Below, one piece after another: positions 7,055 to 13,253 of a stretch of DNA of 13,253 nucleotides; position 1 is the first letter of the stretch, and each line of letters begins with the position of its first letter. The position numbers were made by a program, and so were the translations under genes. The stretch comes from Planctomycetota bacterium (GTDB lineage Bacteria; Planctomycetota; UBA1135), in NCBI GenBank assembly GCA_045047305.1, contig JASFYO010000042.1:1-13253 (forward strand), in the 5' to 3' direction. The notes under the pieces were generated by a model. It had not been told where the DNA came from and did no database searches. It saw nothing but the letters and a program-made list of their open reading frames with translations.

Positions 7055-8275
7055 ATGAATCGGCTCGAAACGCTGTGGACTAAACTTTGCGCACGCACCG
7101 ACTATGAGTCGTGTAGTCGTCCACGGGCCGCGCGTTTCCGCCTGGATACCATCCAGGGGCTTGTCAAACGCCTCGACAACGTGCATTTGGCCCTTCCAGC
7201 GCTCCATTTGGCCGGCTCCAAGGGCAAAGGGAGTGTGTGCCATTATTTAGCCAAAGGGCTCTCAGCGAGCGGTATTCGCACCGGCCTTTACACTTCTCCG
7301 CACCTCAGCGACTGGCGTGAGAGGATTCAGGTCGATGGCCACCCTTTGCCCGATTCCGACTTGGCCGACGCCATCGAGTTGGTGCTCCAAGCATCGGCGG
7401 GGGATGAAACTTTTTTCGACCTACTCACCGCCACCGCCATGCTTGCCTTCCGCGATACCGGGTGCGAAATCATGATCCTCGAAACCGGACTCGGCGGGCG
7501 CTCCGATTCCACCAATGTGGTGCAGCCCCTCGCCGCCGCCGTTTCTGCGATTGAGCTAGAACATACCGATGTCCTCGGGCCCGACCTTGCCACCATCGCA
7601 GGCGAGAAGGCTGGCATCTTCAAATCGGATTCCCTGCTTTTTGCAGGTGCCCATATCCGGCCGACTGCTCTTACCGTTCTGCAATCCAGCGCCGATGCTC
7701 TGAATCAGTCACTCCTCATCGCGCCATCATCCATGCCCGGATTCAAGCATCCGCAGCCGCACATGGAAGCGAACTTTGCACTTGCGGTGACCATTTTGCG
7801 CCATTTACCGCGTCCATTTTCCGCTGCTGCCGACCTCCTGCCCTCGCTTCCGATGTCCGCCCTGCAACTCCCCGGACGTCTCGAGTATCGCACTCTCCCC
7901 GACGGCCGGCCGGCGATATTCGACGTCGCGCATTCGACCGACTCCCTGAGCTCCGTCATCCAAACTTTCCGTGAGGCTTATCCAGACGCAAAACGTGGCA
8001 TCGTTCTTGCTCTACGCGATGACAAGGATGCGGATCTATTAGCCACACAATTGAATGCAGTTCTTGGTACGCGTCCAAGCTCTGAAAAGTGGTGGACTGC
8101 CCCTGCTGGGGACCATCCGCGCTCCGCCAACCCGGCTACAATCGCCCTTTCCTTCGACGCCGAAGCCCTCACGCAACCGGGCTTTCCTGACGGCCCCGAG
8201 GTCCTCCTCATCACCGGCTCGACTTACTTAGTCGGCGCTCTTCGCCCGCAAACTGCACCCATCGACACTCTCTAA
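7055..8275 (+). CDS. folC: Bifunctional dihydrofolate synthase / folylpolyglutamate synthase
   Basis: HLAGSKGKGS P-loop, GLYTSPHL..RERI, TFFDLLTA, LETGLGGRSDSTN, IAGEKAGIFK, LPGRLE, DVAH and ITGSTYLVG. Confidence 0.96.
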   Translation: MNRLETLWTKLCARTDYESCSRPRAARFRLDTIQGLVKRLDNVHLALPALHLAGSKGKGSVCHYLAKGLSASGIRTGLYTSPHLSDWRERIQVDGHPLPDSDLADAIELVLQASAGDETFFDLLTATAMLAFRDTGCEIMILETGLGGRSDSTNVVQPLAAAVSAIELEHTDVLGPDLATIAGEKAGIFKSDSLLFAGAHIRPTALTVLQSSADALNQSLLIAPSSMPGFKHPQPHMEANFALAVTILRHLPRPFSAAADLLPSLPMSALQLPGRLEYRTLPDGRPAIFDVAHSTDSLSSVIQTFREAYPDAKRGIVLALRDDKDADLLATQLNAVLGTRPSSEKWWTAPAGDHPRSANPATIALSFDAEALTQPGFPDGPEVLLITGSTYLVGALRPQTAPIDTL

Positions 8276-9432
8276 TGGCCACCTTCGATAACACGGAAGT
8301 CCGTCAAACTTATCGCAGCACTCTGGTTGAGGAGTTGCGCGAGAGTGGTTCGCGTTTGGTTGGCGAGCTGGAGCTCATGCTGCCGCAGAGTTTTGGCTTT
8401 TGCTGGGGCGTGGATCGCGCCTTGGCTATGGTCGAGGATGCGCGTCGCGCATACAAAGGGCGCCCCATGTGGTTGATTAGTTCGATCATTCACAATCCAC
8501 GGGTGAATGCGGATTTGCGTGCGAAAGGCATCGGTTTTCTAAGGGGAAGTTTTGCCACCGAAGGCGCGTTAGAAAAGCTCGGCAGTAACGATGTCGTGAT
8601 TGTGCCAGCCTTCAGTGCCACAGTGGAAGACATGAATGATTTACGTGAGCGTGGCGTGACGATTGTCGATACCACTTGCCCGTGGGTGATCAAACCGCAT
8701 AAACGCACGCTGAAGTATTTGAAGGAAGGTTTTACTACGGTCATTCACGGCACTGTCGGACACGAAGAAACCGCAGCCACCTGTTCGTTGATTGAAAGTG
8801 AAGGTGGGCATTACGTGGTGGTGTATAGCATTGAAGAAACCGAGGTGCTGGCATCCTTTCTCGAAGGCAAGTGCGAGGAAGCGGCTTTGCGCAGCGGGAT
8901 TCAGCAGGGCAGTTTTTCGCCGGACTTCGATGTTTCCCGTGACCTACAACAGATTGGGGTGATCAACCAAACCACGATGTTGGCAAGTGAATCACGCGCG
9001 ATCGGCGATCGTTTAAAGCTTGCGCTGACTCATCGCGACAGTGAAGCGGCGCTAGAGCAAAATTTCCGCGACTTCGACACTATATGTCGTGCAACGCAAG
9101 ACAACCAAGATGCAGCTGCTGCGGTTGCTGATACACAACCCGATCTTTACCTGGTGGTCGGCGGTTACGACAGCTCCAACACTAAAAACCTCGCCCGCGT
9201 CGGCCGACGTTTAGGTGTGCCCGCTTTTCATATTGAGGGTCCGCACTGCATTGGCGAAAAACTGCATCATCGCGATCGCACCAGCGGGGAGATTCTGGCG
9301 GAAGGCGATTGGTTGCCATCCAAACGGCCATTGCGTGTTGCTTTCACTGCTGGCGCCAGCACCCCCGATGCACTGCTTGGCGAAGTGATCGAGGGCTTAG
9401 TCGCGTTTGCTGGTGAGACTTTGGTGGTTTAG
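8275..9432 (+). CDS. ispH: 4-hydroxy-3-methylbut-2-enyl diphosphate reductase
   Basis: Three Fe-S Cys motifs (FGFCWGV, DTTCPWV, DTICRATQ), plus IIHNP, GHEET, NQTT, GGYDSSNT and TAGASTP. TAATG overlap with the folC stop. Confidence 0.97.
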   Translation: MATFDNTEVRQTYRSTLVEELRESGSRLVGELELMLPQSFGFCWGVDRALAMVEDARRAYKGRPMWLISSIIHNPRVNADLRAKGIGFLRGSFATEGALEKLGSNDVVIVPAFSATVEDMNDLRERGVTIVDTTCPWVIKPHKRTLKYLKEGFTTVIHGTVGHEETAATCSLIESEGGHYVVVYSIEETEVLASFLEGKCEEAALRSGIQQGSFSPDFDVSRDLQQIGVINQTTMLASESRAIGDRLKLALTHRDSEAALEQNFRDFDTICRATQDNQDAAAAVADTQPDLYLVVGGYDSSNTKNLARVGRRLGVPAFHIEGPHCIGEKLHHRDRTSGEILAEGDWLPSKRPLRVAFTAGASTPDALLGEVIEGLVAFAGETLVV

Positions 9433-9460
9433 AGAAGTCCGCGACCGCGGCTGACTAGTT

Positions 9461-9820
9461 ATGGTGGAGTGGTACGCCAACTCCCAAAGCCACGATTGCC
9501 TGACCTTAGCGTTCGTCACTGGGTTGGCCTGGATGGTGATGATTGCAGGGGCTTAATATTTCCCTGAGATTTTCCAGCGTCCGTTGGTTGCGACTCTGTT
9601 GCTAGGCATCGTCGGATTGGCATCTCCGCTTACGGTCCTGTTCGGAATTCGATAGGAGCCCGTCGCCGCCCTCGAATTCCATGCTGGAGCAAGCTAGAGA
9701 TGTTCCACTATGCCGCGCAACGACATAGAGCCATATTTGGGTTCCAAGTAGGCTTGTTTCTGGCCATTCTGATCCCTGGATTGCTGGTTATTTCCCGAAA
9801 AAAGAAACTTATATGGAAAT
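9461..9820 (+). pseudogene. Probable degraded small membrane-protein gene
   Basis: From ATG 9461: ...LTLAFVTGLAWMVMIAGA*(9554)YFPEIFQRPLVATLLLGIVGLASPLTVLFG. After a frameshift near 9645: SIGARRRPRIPCWSKLEMFHYAAQRHRAIFGFQVGLFLAILIPGLLVISRKKK. Three TM-like segments are broken by one stop and one frameshift. The end coordinate is approximate. Confidence 0.4.
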
Positions 9821-9842
9821 ATAGACCTTTTTATCCTATTAT
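9821..9842 (+). promoter_or_regulatory. Putative Rrf2-family operator overlapping the ric -10 box
   Basis: Imperfect 7-5-7 inverted repeat ATAGACC-TTTTT-ATCCTAT (9821-9839) in an AT-rich patch, overlapping TATTAT (9837-9842), which is 8 nt before ATG 9851. Confidence 0.5.
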
Positions 9843-9850
9843 GGGCTCAG

Positions 9851-10567
9851 ATGGCAACACTCTCTCCCGATACCACCCTCGCGACCCTGGTCACGGATCG
9901 CCCCGGACGCTCCCGCGTTTTTGAGTCCTTTGGTTTGGACTATTGCTGCCATGGTGGGCAAAGCTTGGAAGCCGCCTGCGCCAAATCCGATAAAAACTTA
10001 GGGGAAGTGTTAGAGCATTTGGCTGCTTTCGACGCAACAGCGGAACTTTCCACTGAGCCCGATTTCGGAGCCATGGGCATGACCGAGCTGGTCGACCACA
10101 TTGAGTCCACGCACCACGCTTATGTGAAGGCAGAGCTTGAACCTCTCAGTCAGTTAGTGGAGAAAGTAGCGCGTGTGCATGGCGCGAATTTTCCTTGGTT
10201 GGCCGAGGTTCGCAATTTATCCTTTGCGCTTTTCGCTGAGCTTGCGCAACACCTTGGAAAGGAAGAGCAAGTTCTATTCCCTATGATCCGCGAGCTAGAC
10301 GCTGCAAAGTCCTTGCCACAGTTTCATTGCGGTGGGGTGAATGCACCCATCGCGGTGATGGAAATGGAGCACGACAGTGCCGGCGAGGTGCTCAGGAAGC
10401 TGCGGGAACTAACCTCCGACTACAGCATGCCGGAAGGTGGGTGCAATAGTTTCCGCGCGATGCTGAACCGTTTGGAGGCCTTTGAGTATGACTTGCATCG
10501 TCATATCCATAAGGAAAATAGTTTGCTGTACCCGAAGGCCTTAGCGGCTGCTGAAAAGCTGGGTTAA
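9851..10567 (+). CDS. ric: Iron-sulfur cluster repair di-iron protein (Ric/YtfE/ScdA)
   Basis: N-terminal GLDYCCHGG; hemerythrin-like ligands THHAY, VARVHG, HLGKEEQVLFP, MEMEHD and HIHKENSLLYP. Confidence 0.97.
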   Translation: MATLSPDTTLATLVTDRPGRSRVFESFGLDYCCHGGQSLEAACAKSDKNLGEVLEHLAAFDATAELSTEPDFGAMGMTELVDHIESTHHAYVKAELEPLSQLVEKVARVHGANFPWLAEVRNLSFALFAELAQHLGKEEQVLFPMIRELDAAKSLPQFHCGGVNAPIAVMEMEHDSAGEVLRKLRELTSDYSMPEGGCNSFRAMLNRLEAFEYDLHRHIHKENSLLYPKALAAAEKLG

Positions 10568-10576
10568 GTAAACCCA
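10560..10576. terminator. Small hairpin between convergent ric and rsgA, weak terminator candidate
   Basis: TGGGTT-AAGTA-AACCCA. On the minus strand it is followed by GCTTTT. The stem is short. Confidence 0.25.
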
Positions 10577-10585
10577 AAACCAGGA

Positions 10586-11575
10586 TCAGCGCCGCGCTTT
10601 ATGGTCGGGGCCAGACTCTTTCTCATTACTGCCGGTGCCGCCATAAGCATCTTCGAGTTCGGTGAGAATCTCGAGGTAAGAACGCATGCGGGACGGCGGG
10701 AAATCACCATCTTCGAGCGCTTTTTGTACCTCACATTCAGGCTCTCCGCGATGCATGCACGCTGGGTACTTACATCCTTTGCCAAGTTCGCGCATTTCCG
10801 GGTAGTGCAGGCGTAGCTCATGCGGTGGAATTCCAAATGGACGAAACTTGCGCACGCCTGGCGTATCAATCATCGCACCACCGACCGCAAGGGGGTACCA
10901 GCGGGTGAAGGTAGTGGTATGGCGACCGGATTGCAACGATGCCGATGCCTCGCGCACTTCCAAATTCAAGTCTGGATCAATCGCATTCATTAAGGTCGAT
11001 TTCCCCACACCACTCAAGCCGTAAAGCACACTGGTCCTGCCTTTGAGTTTGGCGAGTAAATCATCGACCCCAATGTTTTCGGTTGCCGAGGTCATCAAGA
11101 CATCGGCGCCGGAATTCACATAGCTGGCTTCGAACTTCCTTAGTTTGCCACGTTTGCCTTTGTCAATCTTGTTCAACACTAGTAGCGATGGAATACCGGC
11201 GAAACTGCACGCCGCCAAAATGCGGTCCGCAACGATGGAGCTAAAGGCAGGAATGCCTACGGAGTTCACCACCACCACGAGGTCTACGTTGGTCGCCAGA
11301 ATCTGCCTCCGATCGGCATCGTCGCCGGCAGCGCGTCGGGCGAAGATGTTGCGGCGGGGAAGGACTTGATCAATCGCAAGATCGGTGGCTCCACCGCTCA
11401 AAACAACATAATCGCCCACCGCCACCGGAGCTTTGTCGATGCCGCGATTTTCAAACAGGCGTCCCCGCATACGGGCTTGGCGTACTTCTCCGCTGACTAG
11501 TACCTCACATTGGCGGGCATCCACGCGAACCACGAATGGAGTGTCGTTGTGGGCGGGGGCGGGGGTGTCGCGCAT
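10586..11575 (-). CDS. rsgA: Ribosome small subunit-dependent GTPase A
   Basis: N-terminal OB domain (VAVGD), circularly permuted GTPase (NKID, GLSGVGKST, GRHTTT, DTPG) and Zn finger CKYPACMHRGEPEC. Confidence 0.97.
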   Translation of the reverse strand: MRDTPAPAHNDTPFVVRVDARQCEVLVSGEVRQARMRGRLFENRGIDKAPVAVGDYVVLSGGATDLAIDQVLPRRNIFARRAAGDDADRRQILATNVDLVVVVNSVGIPAFSSIVADRILAACSFAGIPSLLVLNKIDKGKRGKLRKFEASYVNSGADVLMTSATENIGVDDLLAKLKGRTSVLYGLSGVGKSTLMNAIDPDLNLEVREASASLQSGRHTTTFTRWYPLAVGGAMIDTPGVRKFRPFGIPPHELRLHYPEMRELGKGCKYPACMHRGEPECEVQKALEDGDFPPSRMRSYLEILTELEDAYGGTGSNEKESGPDHKARR

Positions 11576-11583
11576 TTAGGCCA

Positions 11584-11589
11584 AGTCTA
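11584..11589 (-). promoter_or_regulatory. Putative -10 element TAGACT for a near-leaderless rsgA transcript
   Basis: TAGACT 8 nt before ATG 11575; no Shine-Dalgarno sequence. Confidence 0.55.
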
Positions 11590-11679
11590 TCTGCGCGAGG
11601 AAACGACGGAAGAAACCATGTTTTGCGCTATCAAAACTTCAGTTTGGCAAGCATGAACCACTTAGGCATGATCACCAAG

Positions 11680-11685
11680 TAGAAT
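11680..11685 (+). promoter_or_regulatory. Putative -10 element TAGAAT for a leaderless methyltransferase transcript
   Basis: TAGAAT 6 nt before ATG 11692. The GAGG in the spacer is too close to the ATG to act as a normal SD. Confidence 0.6.
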
Positions 11686-11691
11686 GAGGGT

Positions 11692-12486
11692 ATGTCGGAA
11701 GAGGCCATCAAGTCACCGCAAAATGCGAAACTCAAGTCCCTGCGCGGATTACGTGCAGGCAAGGAGCGTGAATTTACTGCGCTGGAAGGGCGCCATTTGC
11801 TGGAAGACGCCTTAGCCGCTGGCGCAAAGGTGCATTGGGTGCTGGTGCGTGAAGGCGAGGATTTAGAAGATCCGCTTTTACAGCAGGCCGCTTTGGTCGG
11901 TGCCGAGATTGCAGAATGCGATGGCAAACTTCTGCACGATGCCAGCCGCTTAGATACGCCTCCGGATTACATCGCTTGGGTAGACCGTCCGCGCGCGGAT
12001 TGGCGCGAGGCTTTAGCGGCAAGTACTGCTGGAGACTGGTGGCTGGTAGCTGCCGGTGTGCAAGATCCGGGAAACCTCGGCGCTTTAGCACGGGTTGCCG
12101 CAGGATTCGGAGCCGCCGGATTGCTTTGCCTGAAGGGCGGCGTTTCGCCATGGCACCCACGGGCTTTGCGCGGCGCAAGTGGAACTACTTTTCGTTTACC
12201 AGTCTTTGAAGGCGTCGACTCCACCGAGTTTTTAGCTTTTGCGACTGAGCAAGAGGTCGAGCTATGGGCGACGGCAAGCGATGGCGAAGATTTAGATGTC
12301 GCCACTAGCGGCGTAAAGCGGGAGCAGCCCATCGCGATTTTGCTTGGTGAAGAAGGCCGCGGTTTGGATCCATGGTTGTTCGCGGCATGCACACGCAAAG
12401 TAGGCATCCCTTTGGCGCGTGAAGTGGAGTCTTTAAACGTGGCCACCGCCGCTGCCGTTTTCGGTTGGGCTTTGCGCGAGAAATAA
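11692..12486 (+). CDS. TrmH/SpoU family RNA 2'-O-methyltransferase
   Basis: N-terminal IKSPQNAKLK...EGRHLL; SPOUT motifs VQDPGNLGALAR, LGEEGRGL and IPL...VESLNVATA. Confidence 0.95.
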   Translation: MSEEAIKSPQNAKLKSLRGLRAGKEREFTALEGRHLLEDALAAGAKVHWVLVREGEDLEDPLLQQAALVGAEIAECDGKLLHDASRLDTPPDYIAWVDRPRADWREALAASTAGDWWLVAAGVQDPGNLGALARVAAGFGAAGLLCLKGGVSPWHPRALRGASGTTFRLPVFEGVDSTEFLAFATEQEVELWATASDGEDLDVATSGVKREQPIAILLGEEGRGLDPWLFAACTRKVGIPLAREVESLNVATAAAVFGWALREK

Positions 12487-12489
12487 TTC

Positions 12490-13253
12490 ATGGCTATGCA
12501 AGGCGGTTTATTCGGTGAAAAAGAGAGCGAGTTTGATGCCATGCGGCGCAATCAAAACTCGGCATCGACACCTTTGGCGGAGCGTATGCGTCCGCGAAAT
12601 CTCGATGAGTTTGTTGGGCAGAAGAAGTTAGTCGGGGAAAAAGGTGCGTTGCGTCTGATTTTGGAAGGCGGTGATATGGGGTCGATGATTTTCTGGGGGC
12701 CTCCCGGTACTGGAAAAACCACGCTTGCACGTATGCTTGCGGAACGCGCAGATTTGGAGTTTCGCACTTTTTCTGCGGTCATGAGCGGGATTAAAGAAGT
12801 GCGTGCTGCCATGCAGGAGGCCCAACGTTTGCGTCGCAGCACCGGACAACCGACATTGTTGTTTGTCGATGAAATCCATCGCTTCAATAAATCACAGCAA
12901 GATGCATTTTTGCCCTTCGTTGAAAGTGGCGACATCTTGCTGGTAGGGGCAACCACCGAGAACCCATCCTTTGAAGTGGTCGCGCCACTGCTGTCGCGGT
13001 TGACGGTGCATGTGCTGGAGCCGATTGAGGAAGAGGACTTGATGCTGCTGATGCGTCGTGCTCTAGAGGACGAGGCCCGCGGTTTTGGTGCGCGCAAGGT
13101 GGAGGTCAGCGAGGAGCAACTTCGAGCGCTGGCGCGCTATGCGAGTGGTGATGGGCGCCGTGCCTATGTCGCTCTAGAATCCGCCATCCGCCGCTGCGAT
13201 GTTGGCGCTACCTTGTCCGACGACATCCTCGAACAAGTATTCGCCGGTCGCGC
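12490..13253 (+). CDS. rarA: Replication-associated recombination protein A (RarA/MgsA AAA+ ATPase), runs off the right edge
   Basis: Not in the ORF track. Manual translation from ATG 12490 (or 12496) gives PLAERMRPRNLDEFVGQ, Walker A WGPPGTGKTT, Walker B FVDEIHRFNKSQQD, and GATTENPSFEV. Confidence 0.97.
   Translation, partial: MAMQGGLFGEKESEFDAMRRNQNSASTPLAERMRPRNLDEFVGQKKLVGEKGALRLILEGGDMGSMIFWGPPGTGKTTLARMLAERADLEFRTFSAVMSGIKEVRAAMQEAQRLRRSTGQPTLLFVDEIHRFNKSQQDAFLPFVESGDILLVGATTENPSFEVVAPLLSRLTVHVLEPIEEEDLMLLMRRALEDEARGFGARKVEVSEEQLRALARYASGDGRRAYVALESAIRRCDVGATLSDDILEQVFAGR

Noticed and set aside
9436..9456. GC-rich inverted repeat after the ispH stop, considered as a terminator
   Set aside because: It needs a 2-nt loop or a bulge and has no U-tract, so it is too weak to call.
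9700..9924. 74-aa ORF as an independent gene
   Set aside because: It runs through the ric promoter and 74 bp into ric out of frame. It is better explained as the last fragment of the pseudogene.
1..13253. Defence system, mobile element, CRISPR array, tRNA or rRNA
   Set aside because: No integrase, transposase, nuclease, repeat-spacer array or structural RNA signature was seen. Nearly all of the sequence is accounted for by housekeeping genes.

Overview
This window is a densely packed bacterial housekeeping region. Gene order: carB (partial, -), aroB (-), a two-TM membrane protein with an internal duplication (-), a PuuD-like peptidase C26 (-), a CaCA cation antiporter (+), lpxD (+), a small hypothetical protein (+), a Nudix-fold protein with a degenerate catalytic box (-), folC (+), ispH (+), a probable membrane-protein pseudogene (+), ric (+), rsgA (-), a TrmH/SpoU methyltransferase (+) and rarA (partial, +). 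lpxD indicates a diderm, LPS-making organism. A Planctomycetota-like origin is only my impression, based on the duplicated membrane protein. I see no rRNA, tRNA, mobile element, CRISPR array or clearly novel multi-gene system. The best leads are: (1) recurrent TAnnnT boxes 6-8 nt before start codons, implying widespread leaderless mRNAs, including a 22-bp bidirectional promoter; (2) a probably inactive NudB-like protein head-to-head with folC; (3) the duplicated OB-fold-like membrane protein; (4) a structured 5' region with tandem palindromes upstream of the orphan gene at 6253; (5) an Rrf2-type box upstream of ric.
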